Origin: Octopus vulgaris
Taxonomy: Eukaryota
NCBI GenBank assembly: GCA_951406725.2
Contig: OX597821.1
Coordinates: 39,928,001 to 39,992,000, forward strand
Direction of reading: 5' to 3'
DNA: 64,000 bases
Part shown: positions 26,456 through 40,104 of the stretch, piece by piece
Numbering within the stretch: the first letter of the stretch is position 1
Layout of the letters: each line of letters starts with the position of its first letter
The notes under the pieces: generated by a model
Told to the model about the DNA's origin: nothing
Seen by the model: only the letters and a program-made list of their open reading frames with translations
The model's database searches: none
Translations under genes and position numbers: made by a program

Positions 26456-27619
26456 GCTAACGTTTCTGCCAGCTTGCAGTCTTGGTCACAATCACAAAAT
26501 TGATGACAATAATGAAATGCTGCTGCTGATAATGATGATGTTCATGGTAAATGGAAATGATTTTTAACAGTTCTTCTGCTGTTGTCTGTATAAATGACTG
26601 ACCCCAAAATGTCGAAGAAAGATCTTCTTTAAACTTAACTTAACTAAAAGACCTATTAAAGGGAAATGAAATCCCATTACAGAGGACTAATGCATCAAAT
26701 AATGACCCTTGTATTGTGTGCTTCTTTCTCATTCACTTCTAGGTAGAGATCATATTTATTTTCATTTTGCAAGATAATTTATACTCATACAGATTACCGT
26801 AGCCCTTACTTTAGTACCTTCATCAGAAGTGTTTCAGTAAATATCTGCTGTACATCATCAGGTAACAAGTTTTAGTTGTGATGGTTCTAACTGATGATAC
26901 TTTATCAGCCGGAAAGACTTGGCTGTTAAATGACAATAACTCTAAATGTAAGAAATAAATGACCACCAGACAACAGGAACGAAACATTGACACGGTGATA
27001 AATGTGATTCCCTTTCAACTGGAAGGTGAGATATGTCAATAATGGAAAAGATAGCTCTGGCATCTGCATTTTCATTTGTAATGGTTACCATCTTTATATC
27101 TCTATGGAACCCTTACTTTGAAGATGCACATATGTAAACTTCAAAGCTAAACCCATAGCTTCAGCTTAAATATTTCATAACATCCATACAGAACTAAGAA
27201 GTTGTCTAGGTCTTAAAAATTGGTAAAGAGAACAAGTATATTAAAGAACCGAAGAGAGAGAGCGTAAAAACATTGCTATCAAAAGTTTACTTCCTTAGAC
27301 TTTGCCTAAATTATGAGTTTCCCTATCTCAACAACACCAAAACAATATCAACCGATATTGGTCATTAGTTAGAAAAATTTTTTGTTGTGAGATCTACAAG
27401 GCTCAGAGACAAGCATTCATCTAACTTTTTGACATTTACATCAATTCTCAAAGATAAAACTGAAAATTTTAAATCACTACTACTACTACTACTACTATCA
27501 TTATATTTTACCTCTTAGAGCTCTCGATCTTTCTTGCTGAGGTTAATTCTGTGAGAGTGGACAGTATCCTGTTGACAAAGGCCTCACAAGGTCTCTTTCC
27601 AACAAATTATAAGACTTGG

Positions 27620-28830
27620 TACTTAGGTATTATGTTTCATAGCAGATACTCCACACCCAAATGCCAATTTCAAAATCCTAGCTGTCCCCAATAGGGGCCT
27701 GCTCTTCCCTCGTGTCAAACTCCAGCTTCTCCAACATCTTTGTGCCTCAAGTGCCAGGACAACTGCAATGACATTCTTGTGATTTTGTCTTTTAGTAACT
27801 TGTATTTTTCCACCATTTTCAGCTTTTTGTCACCAATGCCTGCACCTCCAGATATGGCAGTATTGTCAATTCATCATCATCATCATCATTATTTTGGTTT
27901 GATTATGGTTCAGTCCAATTCCTGGTAGGATTTATATGGGTAGCGGGTTACTTCCTGTAACCTTAAGTATCCACAAGTTTTCAGCAGTCTTTCAAGTTCT
28001 TAGAACCCTCCTGATATTCCTTTCAAGTGGTCCATATCATTCTGGCTCCTATCCTTGGACCTGTCCAGTGTGGGAGAAATACCAGAAGTTCTTGCTTCAC
28101 TGGCAAAGTTCACGGTGTCGTCTTCAAGGCATCCAAACCACCATACTCAACAGGGACTTGACCTTGTGGTGAACAGGTTGATATTCCTTGATAGAATTGA
28201 AGAGAGTTTCCAGCATCCAAGAATGTTGTATACGGTTTTATTAAATGTTTTTTGGTAAATCAATCCAAGCCAAGCTAACATTTGTTTTCCTGTTTTTCTT
28301 GCTCTTTGCAGCCCTTTTTAACAGGTTTTCTGCTCCTGTGGAAATGTATTATTGCTTTCTAGGTGAGTAACCAACCTTTTGTAGATTATAGATGTAAGGA
28401 CTTTATATGATGTTGTAAGCAAGTTACAAGCTTTTAGTGTTTGTGTTTTTGAGATTAATGTTGTTTTCTGTTCCAGCATCCATTCAGGTGTTGATTCTGG
28501 TCTGTTTATCAGTTCATTGCACTCTGCAGTCATATGTCCATGGGTTGTGATCAAGTACTTCATCAGAAATTAGGGACTTTCTCAGTCCTAAGGGGCTTCA
28601 TATTCTTCATGTTTTGGCTTGTTTGTTACCAACTCTAGTGTTCCATACAATCCATGCCATTGTTTTTCTTTTAAACCTTTCTTTCTTCTGATCCAAAGAA
28701 CTTTTTTTCCTGTGCTGAATGTGTTTGTTTCTTATTCCTTCCAAAGAATGTTTGAACAAAAATCTATTTTTGATCCATTTTCCTCTGTAATCATTGAATA
28801 GACTTTGGTAATTGATCCATGGATATAAAA
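27620..28830 (-). pseudogene. Rearranged R4/Dong-like remnants (RT N-terminal part plus RLE/3' ends)
   Basis: ORF 28318-28563 PEWMLEQKTTLISK...CNLLTTSYKVLTSII..RL..HLE.NN.FPQEQK; near 27650-27870 EKYKLLKDKITRM...GTARILK. Confidence 0.75.
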
Positions 28831-28937
28831 AGTAAAATTAATTCTGGTGGTATCTGAATAGCTATTGATCATTCTCTCATTTATTTATTCTCTTGGATCA
28901 AACTCAGAAATGTTGAACACCCCATTAGATCCATTAC

Positions 28938-29070
28938 TACAATTTACATCATAGCACTACCCCCACCACATAACAGTTACATCATAGTACTCCCACCTCA
29001 TAACAATTACGTCATAGAACCCTCATCTCATAACAGTTACATCATAATACATGCCTCCCTCATGGCATTT
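28938..29070. repeat. Imperfect ~30-bp minisatellite x4
   Basis: Units like ataacagttacatcatagtactcccacctc. Confidence 0.75.
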
Positions 29071-30261
29071 ACACTCACTTAATCCATAATAGTCGTAACA
29101 CCCCACTTAATGTTTCCCATTGAAAGCAATATTTAATATATGAGAAAATAGATTTGACAAGTTTTCTTGTTTCAGGCATGATTTGATAAAGTAAAAATGA
29201 CTTGTCTGATAATCTTCTGACTATATTCTCACCAAACTTGACTCATGATAAATGGCTTCAACTGTTTTTAGACTATCAATGTATATGGTCTCTTTCAAGT
29301 ATTTTTTTTTTCCTCTCATTTTCTTCTTAGTATGAAAAATAGAAATGGAATTTCTCTCGAAGATAGAATGCCACAGTGAACAGTGTGTTCAAATTATGCC
29401 AGGGATAGTAAATAATGTTCTCTGACAAAAGCAGTTATTCACTTCTCCCCAAACATTTTGGATGTGAAATTATATTTAATGTTTATGCCGTATCAATATG
29501 TGATTTAGTCTTGCAGAAAAAGAATAAGATTGGAGTTATTGCTTAAGAGAACAACTAAGTGTTTGCAGCATATTAATATTTTATAAACATAAAATATGAT
29601 TCTGCAGACACAATTTTTTGTTAGTAACACTGCATAACTTTCCACGTTTTATCTTCTTGCCTCATTCTGTTTAAGCAGGTAATTATTACTTTTGAAGTTG
29701 AGCACTTGCTATTGTATTTGCTGGTTTTAAACTTTGTGTATAGACTGAAATTTTATTGAAAGGTAGCATGTGATCTTTATCTCTCTTCTAAGGACAACAT
29801 AACAAAAGTAAAATAGATTTCAACGAGAAACAGTTGCCAAGTCACAGAACCGATTTATCTGTTGCATATCACCATACTTTATTCTTGGAGGATCATGATA
29901 ATAATAATAGTAACAATAATAATAACAATAACAATAAAATTAATAATAATCTTTGTCTTCCTCTTTTACTCTATCACATGACTTTGTAAATGAACAATCT
30001 AGTGTGTTTGTTTTAATGTTTGTTTTAATATATACAGTACGTTTCTCTGCCCTAGGTGTTAGGAAGACACTTGGCAAGAAATGCAAACTGAATTGAAAGA
30101 AGATGCTAATGAAAATAATAATGATAATAATAATTCTCTTTAGTCTCATCCCCAGAATTGCAGGTCTTGTGCCTATTTTAGAAGGGATTATTATTATTGT
30201 ACAAATTCAAAGCAAAAGCCAGACAAATGATGATGATGAGGAGGAGGATGTAGATGTATTT

Positions 30262-30443
30262 TTGGGGAAAGAGACCAGTCAATCCCACCAGCCCAGTGCT
30301 CAACTGGTACTTAATTTATCGACCCTGAAAGGATGAAAGGCCAAGCCAACCTAAACAGAACTTGAACTCATAGTGTAAAGATGGACAAAACATCACAAAG
30401 CATTTTACTCAACACGCTAAGATTTTTGCAAGCTTGCTACCTC
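30262..30443 (-). mobile_element. SINE family A, diverged
   Basis: caactggtacttaatttatcgaccctgaaaggatgaaaggc...gaactca on the plus strand. Confidence 0.8.
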
Positions 30444-30495
<52 letters not shown>

Positions 30496-30522
30496 GTAAT
30501 AATAATAATAATAATAATGATG

Positions 30523-30553
<31 letters not shown>

Positions 30554-30556
<3 letters not shown>

Positions 30557-31025
30557 GGCATCACTGAAAATGGTAATGCAAAGATCCTATGGGATTTTAT
30601 GATTCAGCATGACCATGAGAAAGAGAATAGGAAACCAGACATAATTGAGAAAGAAAGCAAACAATGCTGGATCATAGATATAGCATGCCCAGCTGACAAC
30701 AAGGTATGTGGTAAGCAAGAAAGAAAAGTCGATAGATATAACAGGTTAGCTTGGGAGATTACACAGTTGTGGTTGATGAAAAAGGTGGTAGAAGTACCAA
30801 TAATTGTCAAAGCCCTGGGAACAGTGAGCAAAAATCTCGAGAAGTACATGGAACAAATAGGGGCTGCAATAAGGGTGAAGCATTTGCAGAAAACAGTTCT
30901 GCCTGGAACTACTCGAATACTCCTGATGGTACTCAAAAAATAAGGGGTGTTACCTTAGTTCACCGGTAGTGAACAGCTGACACTGTAGTACATCTCCAGC
31001 ATTAGAAGCTGTCCAAAGACAATAA

Positions 31026-31030
<5 letters not shown>
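30554..31030 (+). pseudogene. 5'-truncated R4/Dong-like element (RLE domain + 3' UTR) in (AAT)n
   Basis: ENGNAKILWDFMIQHDH...RKPDII...IIDIACP.D...RKVDRY..L..EI..LW...VPIIV.ALG, stop 30943; (AAT)n on both flanks. Confidence 0.9.
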
Positions 31031-31102
<72 letters not shown>

Positions 31103-31103
<1 letters not shown>

Positions 31104-31738
31104 TAAACAATAAATCTATCTCTAGCTGCCCAGTCTTGGCTAAGAAGGAATATATTCACAGACATGACAGAGTTGGAACCTACATACATTGGAAGCTATG
31201 CCAACATTATGGAATAACAACAGAAAAAAGATGGTATAGGCACACACCAGAAAAGGTCACAGAAAACGAGAAAGCAACCATACTCTGGGATATGCCGATA
31301 CACACAGATAGAGAAATTAAGGCCAACAGACCAGATATAGTTGTCAGAGATCATAAAGAAAAAAATGCTTTCTAATTGATGTATCAATACCGGCTGATGA
31401 CAACGTGTCTCTAAAAGAAATGGAGAAACTCTCAAAATACAAAGACCTGGAAATAGAGGTAACTAGAATGTGGAATCTGAAAACAGAAACAATTCCTATC
31501 ATAGTAGGTGCATTAGGCATGATAAAAAAATATTCAGACAAATACATAACAAAAACACCAGGACTTACAAACACATATAACATACAGAAAATTGCACTAC
31601 TAGGCACTGCACACATCCTACGCAGAACACTTTCCATACAATAACCATCAGAGCATCACAACAAATCACAGCACATACCCAAGGCACACAGAGCTGTGCT
31701 CGGTAGTGAAGTGAAAGCACGCTATAAAAATAAAACTA

Positions 31739-31741
<3 letters not shown>
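31103..31741 (+). pseudogene. 5'-truncated R4/Dong-like element, second family (RHD + PD-(D/E)xK RLE + 3' UTR) in (AAT)n
   Basis: SCPVLAKKEYIHRHDRV...ILWD...ANRPDIVV..(frameshift in A run ~31360)..LIDVSIP.D...EKLSKYKDL...IPIIVGALG...LGTAHILRRTLSIQ* (31644). Confidence 0.92.
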
Positions 31742-31812
<71 letters not shown>

Positions 31813-31813
<1 letters not shown>

Positions 31814-32008
31814 CCATTCTATATTGGCCACAAGGGCCGAAATTGATTACGTCGACCCCAGTGTTTCGCTGGTATTTAATTTATCGACCTTGAAAGGATG
31901 AAAGTCGAAGTCGACCTTGGCAGAATTTGATCTCAGAACATAGTGACACACAAACTACCGTTAAGCATTTCACTCAGTAACTAATGATTTTGCCAGATCA
32001 CCACCTTC
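31813..32008 (-). mobile_element. SINE family A, tail type 2, in (AAT)n array
   Basis: Family core present; minus-strand tail ...ccttgtggccaatatagaatggattattatt. Confidence 0.85.
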
Positions 32009-32051
<43 letters not shown>

Positions 32052-32053
<2 letters not shown>

Positions 32054-32400
32054 GCCCTGATGCAGTACTAGGCAGTGGCTCTCATGGATTCTGATCTTAA
32101 CTGATTGGAAGTGTTATCATGTACATTGTTTTGTCTTGGTATAAAAGATGGGCTACAGCAAATATTCTGCTCAATACCACAGATTTGCTTGTCAGTTGTT
32201 TGACCTTAACCAGTTGAGCATGCCCCTTAGTGGCTGATGATATGCGCATCTCTGATCACGAGCAGAAGTAGTGGGGAGCATCATAGCCATGTGTTGAGAG
32301 GGATTCTTTGGGGTTTGAATAATTCACCTCTGGAAACGTGTGTTTCGTTCAACATCCTTAAACAACCCTTATTCAGGGACCTTTTGAGCGGGATGGGTTA
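32052..32400. mobile_element. Unclassified insertion flanked by (AAT)n, probably a retroelement 3' fragment
   Basis: Complex, higher-GC sequence bounded by (AAT)n on both sides; no recognisable ORF. Confidence 0.5.
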
Positions 32401-32839
32401 ATAATAATAAAGCTTAAATTATTTGCCTCCAAAGTGGTATGAATGAACAAAATTTTGAAACCTATCAAAAGCTGGCACAGGATGAAATCCTATGAAGTAG
32501 TTAAGCTCGGAGATTTATTATGTTACAACATTTGTATTTGTAATTTATTTCCATATTATGAATCCAAGATAATATCCATTTATTTAGATCTACAAAATAT
32601 AGCAATATATTTAATATACATGTGTGTGTGTGTGTATGTGCATATAAATATTTTTGAATACACGCACATATGTGTGTATATATACTCATGTAAAATATAG
32701 GCACATATACATGTATGGATAAGTGTATATAAAATTATATATCTATTTATATATATGCATAATATATATATATGTATATATATACATGCACATATGCATA
32801 TAGATATACAAATATGTGTGTGTGTCCATATGTATGTAT

Positions 32840-32913
32840 ATATAGAGTGTTTCAAGTGGAGTGTGTATATATATATATATATATATATACACTCCACTTC
32901 AAACACTCTATAT
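32840..32913. repeat. Near-perfect palindrome centred on (TA)n
   Basis: 25-bp arms 32840-32864 and 32889-32913 with one mismatch; self-complementary (TA)n spacer. Confidence 0.9.
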
Positions 32914-32932
32914 GTATCCATCTCTATATATC

Positions 32933-32963
<31 letters not shown>

Positions 32964-34789
32964 CATATATATATATATATATATATGATATATAGAGATG
33001 GATACATTATTTTCAAGTACTCACACAAATTGCATAATTACACAGTTTTAAATGTAAGCTGCCATATATTTAAGCTAAACATACATAAATAAAAGCTCAT
33101 CCGTGACATATTCAAAGTATAGCACACCTGATGTGAAATCTGAAGTATTTAAGTACCATTAATAGAGTTTGATATCATAGGTCTGCGTGATATAGGAATA
33201 TCTTGCCAGAGATGTATCTGATATGTTTACATAAAAGTGTGTTCTCTCTAACAGCTTTGTTTATTGATTGTTCCATGGAGAAAGATGCCATGCATAGCAC
33301 CAAGCCAGCAGTTGCTGCTGAAAGTATATATATTCAAAGTCTACAGACAAATAATTGAAAATGACAAGGGAAATATCTGTTTTAGCAATTAATAACCCCC
33401 TTTTTCTCATCTCAAGGAGAAAGAAAATTCACCATGCTTTCCTTTATCTTGAGGCACTAAAACATTTCATTTATAGCATTGCACGGAATGCTTTTAGTAA
33501 ACTATTTTCAATTTACTCCCTTTATGTCATTGCTGTAGCAATTGGTTTTGACAAGAATATCGATTTATATCCTTTTAAATTATTCAAGAGAGAAATTTCC
33601 ATTTAATATCTGATTTAATACTCATATTCAATCTATAATCATCAATCTCACAATATTGGATGTAAGCTGAGCTGAGCAAATTCCATAAAACTTATCAACT
33701 TTTTCCTTTGGTTTCACCAAGATGCGAGCAAAAGTTTGTCATGGACTTATTATATCTTTATTATATCTCTTTATATTTCTTACTTCCTGCCCTACACACA
33801 CACACACACACATTTGTTGTTCAGCAGAAATAAATTATGAGTGAAAGATACATAAAATATTTAATAAATAAAATAATTTAAAGAATGCAGTCTTGTTAGA
33901 TTATGAGTTCTTTATTGCTGATAAGGAAAAGGTAAGGTGCATTATTCACATCAGTGGATATTTCATAGCTTTATAGTTAGATGAGAATATCAAGTGAAAA
34001 CCCTAGTTCTAAAAGTGCTTATGTCACACACACACAAAAAAAATCAATGTGACTTGGGCACTTTTAACAGTTGGGTTTCTAAGTATTCTCAGAATTTTCT
34101 TTGTCATCCCAGGAGGTGTGTATTGTAGTTGTAGTTTGTATTGCTTTTTTTTTTCTTGTTTCATTCATCTCTTTTATAAAATGGAAAATAAAAACATTCA
34201 TATTTAGTAAGGTATCTTGTTCAAAGCAACAGGCTGTCAGAATCCTCAAGATGGCAGATAAAAAAACTTTGCAGTATTTGTCTTGATTTTTTGCACTCTT
34301 ATTTCAAATCACACCAAAGTGAACTTAACCATTCATCCTTTCAGAGTTGATAAAGCCCAAGGGAGTGGAGTAGTAGAATATTTAAATTCTCAAATAGGAT
34401 ACATTATAGTATTTGCTCCAGCTTGGTGCATTCTGAGATTAAAACTATTTCCTTCGACCAAAATCAATAAAAACTAGCAATCTTGTCAGGTATTAATAAC
34501 TGACAACAAATAATCTTACCAATTGAAAAGAAACCTGTGGAGACATAGTTTTCCTGGCTTGGTCAGAAAATTGGCTATAATGCAAAGACAGTATTTGGTT
34601 AGTCCTTTTGACATTCCTTGTATGATGATGATGGTCATTTACAACCATCTCATGATGTCAAAACAAAGGTACACACTATTCACACACGCGCACATGTATA
34701 TGTGTGTATATATGTGTAATATATTTGGTCGCACTTGGGGTATAGTAAAAAATGCAGCAGGACTAAACTTGAAACCACATACTTGTAAA

Positions 34790-34835
<46 letters not shown>

Positions 34836-34922
34836 CTCTCTCTCTCTCAGTCCTGGGACAGCTACAAGCCATCACTTTATTATGGTGTTACAGCATAACT
34901 CTCTCTGATAGATTTAGAAATA

Positions 34923-34956
<34 letters not shown>

Positions 34957-35248
34957 ATGCTTAATTTCAACTACCTCTGCTTCTAGAGAGGATAGACCAC
35001 CACTCTTTTGGTATGAGCTCTAAATGAGGAGAAATAATCTCAAGAATCAAGAATTCTCCAAGAGTGACATGCTATTTTTCCTTAATGATATGTCAATAAA
35101 TAAATATAAAGAAGTTCAAATGTATATTTACTTGCAAAAAGAATTACTATATATCATCATAAGCTATAATAGCAATATCATAAATTTCAAGATGTTTAGC
35201 TTTACTTCATGGAATCTGGCTGCAAATTCCATTATCTAAGTTGGAAAC

Positions 35249-35375
35249 TTAACTTTGGTAAGTCTGAAAAGATTCCAACAATAAAAAGAGCAGCAAAATT
35301 ACAATTGGAAAGGAAGTCTCATTTTGCTTCTCTGCGATTCTTTTCTGGAGAGATTTCTTCTTTGTAGGCTGATTC
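35249..35375 (-). CDS. Weak candidate terminal coding exon (basic stretch then hydrophobic tail)
   Basis: Acceptor tctttattttcag, then after 1 nt NQPTKKKSLQKRIAEKQNETSFPIVILLLFLLLESFQTYQS*; non-repetitive sequence, but no partner exon found. Confidence 0.2.
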
Positions 35376-36562
35376 CTGAAAATAAAGATGGATATTAAGA
35401 AAATAAAAATATGTATATTGCTAAAATGAATATATATATATATATATCAAGAAAATAAAAACTGTTTATTTCCCTTTCTCTGTACTTTTGAGAATAAGTG
35501 AGCAAATGCACGTAAAATATGTGTGTACAAGCATATAATGTATGGAATATATATAAGTATATATATGTGTGTTTATGACTGTGTCTGTATGTATATATAT
35601 ATATATATGAAAATATATATTTATAAATATGCGTATCTTTAATCTGTGGAGCTCTATCCTCCCCCCTGCTCTCTCTCTCTATATATATATATATGCACGC
35701 ACACACAAATATATATATGGATGTTAGTATGTATGTATGTATATATTCACTTTTATATTTTTTCACTCTCATTGAACAACAGCCATGATGGGGCATCATA
35801 TTTACAAATAATATATATATATGCATATATACATAAACATTTAATATACAACATCATCATGATAACATGTATGTTTGTATGGATGTATGTGTGCATATAT
35901 GCGTGTATATGTATATATACGTGTGTATGTATGTATTCATGCATGTGTGCATGTGTATATATATATATATATATGTATGTATATACATGTATGTATACAT
36001 GTATGCATGTATGTGTCTGTGTTTGTCATATATAATTATATGTTTATGATAAGAGATATGGAGAGATGCAATTGGATGAAATGTTTCTTTCTAACCATGA
36101 AGATATTTGAATGGCAATACAAAGAAATCGATGTTTGCTTTGAATGATACACCAGGTCAGAAATCTAGAACAGACCCAGCACCAATGCTTTTGACAAATT
36201 GCTTACAATAAACTCATACAAAAACAAAACATTAAAATATTTGTGAAAAATTTCATTAAACTAATGAAAATTCTTGCATATCTAAAGCATCATATGGATA
36301 CATGTGTGCACATGTACAGACAGAAACATGTGCACTATTTCTTTCACATATACACCCACCCACATACACACACACACACACACACATACATACAGACAGA
36401 CTGGCATACACACACACATGCATATATATTATTGTATATAAACATACACATGCAAGCATATGTATTGGAAAATAAACACCATGTGAAAAACAATTCACTT
36501 CACATGTGCATGCATATATGTGTGTGTATGTGTGTGTGTGTCTGTGCGTCTGCATGTGTGTT

Positions 36563-36566
<4 letters not shown>

Positions 36567-36640
<74 letters not shown>

Positions 36641-36645
36641 TAGAG

Positions 36646-36710
<65 letters not shown>

Positions 36711-36718
36711 TAGATATA
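36567..36718. repeat. Compound (TA)n-(GA)n-(GATA)n microsatellite
   Basis: Read directly. Confidence 0.95.
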
Positions 36719-36782
36719 CAGACAAATGTATAGCAAAATAAACACACTTCTGTAAAACGACCCACTTTGAATGTACATACAT

Positions 36783-36820
<38 letters not shown>

Positions 36821-37134
36821 ACACACATGCACACAAACACACCTGCACATATATAAATCACACACACATATATATATGTAACAGTAACATTCGTCCTAAC
36901 CAGGACTGACACATTATGTTGGCAAATAATCTTTACTATATATAGATATATACACAATAATTACATGTGTATATATATATATATATGCACACACACACAC
37001 ACACACATATATTTGTCTGTGTGTAGAGGGTGTATGTTTTTGTTTTTTAGTTTACAATTGCAAATGCAGCAACGAAAATGTTTTGTGAAATAAATAAATA
37101 AATGAATGGAAAATGAACAGTGAGCGTGTTATAC

Positions 37135-37350
37135 TTTTTTCATCTCGAGGTACAAGGCCTGAAACTTTTGGGAGAGGGGACCGGTCGATTAGATTGACCT
37201 CAGTACGCAACTGGTACTTAATTTATCGCCCCTGAAAGGATGAAAGACAAAGTCAACCTCAGTAGAACTTGAACTCAGAACGTAGAGACAGACAAATTAC
37301 CGCTAGGCATTTCACTTGGCATGCTAATGTCTCTGCCAGCTCACCACCTA
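37135..37350 (-). mobile_element. SINE family A, tail type 2
   Basis: Full head to tail match on the minus strand. Confidence 0.85.
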
Positions 37351-37986
37351 ATGTAAGTGTTTTATATTAAGACATCATGACTCTCCCCAGGTGCAACAAA
37401 ATTTGTTTCAGCACACAAATTCACATAAGGAATCTTACAAATCAGATACAAAAACAATTCTACGTTAATGATTACTCTATGCTCTTGTAGAGTACAAATT
37501 TATTCTTGAGCAAGAATATTTTTACTGGTGACAGTTAAGCCAATGCTGGACAGTCCACGAATGACATAATTGGCTACTGTAAATGTAATTCACAGTTGGA
37601 ATTAGTGTGGCATTACATGACCAAACTGGAACTTCAAATTACAGGTGTAAACTATCAGGAAATTTTTTAATACAGATTCCATTTATCATGGGTCAAACTA
37701 AGGCAATAGAAAATGATGATTACTCATGAAGCTGTGTAGCAGAATCGAAACTGGGTTTTCCTGATTGCAAAGCAGACTTCTATAAGCTGTTTGACCTAGC
37801 TATCATTTTAAGTGGTTAATCAAACTCTGAGGAAAAGCTTATGTTTGAAACTCTGCTGTCAGTTAAATACCAATTTTTTGCTGCCAAAGATTTGTGCTTA
37901 CACTCTGAATGTCTTTCTAATGTAACACCGTGTATTTATGCATTTCAATGTCCCAAATCTATTGGTATATTCCCCCACTCTCTCTC

Positions 37987-38024
<38 letters not shown>

Positions 38025-39741
38025 TACACTCTCATTTATGTATATGTGTGTACAAATACATTTTTCACATCTTTCCCTATTCACTCTCCCACTCACTCTT
38101 TTTTCATATGTATGTGTGTCTGTGTGTGTGTATGTGCATGCATGCATGTGTGTGTGCATGCGTGTTTGTGTGTGCATGTGTGTGTGTGTGTGTGTGTGTG
38201 TGTTATGTATGTTATCCCACATTATGTTTAAGAGAAAAAGCTTTGTATCAAATTTCTGTAGATTCTGTAAAAAGTAGCTTCTTGTCTTTCAGATGGATTC
38301 CTCTTGCAACTATCAAAACCATGACTGCATAGGAATGGAACATATTTGCTCAACAAACTAATTAAATGAAGGGACATAAAGTGTTAGTTTTGAACTTGTG
38401 TCTTGGAAATAAGCAGTCTAGCAATAGAACCTGCTGTCCTTCCCAACCTCGTTCAATGTGTCCATCTGAGTCTTTGTGTGTGAGTCAATATGTCTGTCTT
38501 TACAGAAATATATTTTCAATTCTGTTACATGTATTTCTGAATGTTCAAAACATTATAATCATCATCATCATCATCATCATTATCGCTTTCGTCGTCGTCA
38601 TCATGATTCCCAACATCAATTCTTTAACAACTGTTTTCTGTGGTGCCAGCCTGTAGTGGACCTGTCAGGTATTGCTTCCTGTCATCATTCATCTAATTTG
38701 AAAATTGAGAAGTTTTCCAGACCTTTGTTCAGCTTGTAGTTTGCTGTTTCTATTACTTGTTGACTTGCAGATAACTTTCTCTATCCACTGTATGTAACTT
38801 TGTTGGTCAAAGTTTATATATTGTAATAAAAAAAAAAACCGTGTCATGCAGATCACAGCAAGTACCTTATTAAATATTATATACAGCCAGTATCATGCCT
38901 TTTTGCTCAACAGCAAAGCACACTGTTATTATTTCTTGTATTTATACTTATACTCTCACAAACGTTTATGCATATTTATACTGGTATAATAAAGATACAG
39001 GAATGAATTACTAAATGATTCTTTTTAGAATGTTCCATGCTTTTGTGGAAGACTTTAAAACTGAGAAACAACATAACTTCAGAATGGAAGAATATCGAAA
39101 TATCTGGTCATTTGAGAGACATCTTAGTCAGGAATAGAAGAACATAGTATGTGAAAAGAAATTGGCTATTGCTATGGAATGAAGTATCCATTATTGACAG
39201 AACTATTAAGAAAAGAGAAAATCAAAGAGACAGCTGATATAATACTCACTGAAAAGCTAAATAGTAACTGCAGAGTTGAGTTTAATACAGTAAGGCAACC
39301 ATTGCTGTAATGAAGCATTTATATAAACCCAGAATTGATTGTTACTGATAAATGGTTCAATATCCTGAAAGCATGCAGTAGAATCAAGTAGAATCAAGTA
39401 GAATCTAGATCAATTTCAAAATGGGGGAATTGGCTCTCTGTGGTTAGATATTTGATTTAAAAACCATGGGCTCCTGAATTCGTCCCTCCCTTTTTATATA
39501 TGATTTCAATGTCTGCTAGTGTAGTCTTGCATAGACCAGTGACTTGTGAGTGAAATAGTAAAGGCAGAAACTGTATGGAAGCCTGTGTGAATGTTCTTCA
39601 GTGGATTTAAACCATTTTCCAGTTTAACACAACCAACATGGCTGAAGGAAGTTCTGTCTGTTGAAGTAACAAGGGAAAACTCAAGACCAGACTCATGTAA
39701 AGCATACAAGGAACTAGAATATCTACCAGGAAAGTTACACT

Positions 39742-40045
39742 CATCATCATCATCAGTTAATGTCCGTTTTCCATGCTGGCATGGGTTAGATGGTTTAACT
39801 GAGGACTGGTGAGCCAGGAGGCTGCACCAGACTCCAGTCTGATTTGGCAAGGTTTCTACAGCTGGATGCCCATCGTAACACCAATCACTCCAAGAGTGTA
39901 GTGGGTGCCTTTTACATGCCACTGGAATGAGGGCCAGTCAGGCAGCACTGGCAATTACCATGCTTGGATGTTGCATTTTACATGCCACCAGCACAGGACC
40001 AATGAAGTGGAACTGGCATCAGCCACGTTTGTATGGTGCATTTTA
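39742..40045 (-). mobile_element. SINE family B
   Basis: (CAT)n, family core and 2-3 internal modules. Confidence 0.8.
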
Positions 40046-40104
40046 TGTGCTAAAATAACCATATACAATAACCTTCCTCACAAACAACATCACATTAACA
40101 TATT

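Noticed and set aside
26816-26930. Cluster of three CTGATGA motifs on both strands
   Set aside because: No convincing stem I/II/III pairing; at most a very decayed HHR-type repeat.
38293-38479. Possible exon between ctttcag and gtgagt
   Set aside because: No frame stays open across it; such signals arise often by chance.
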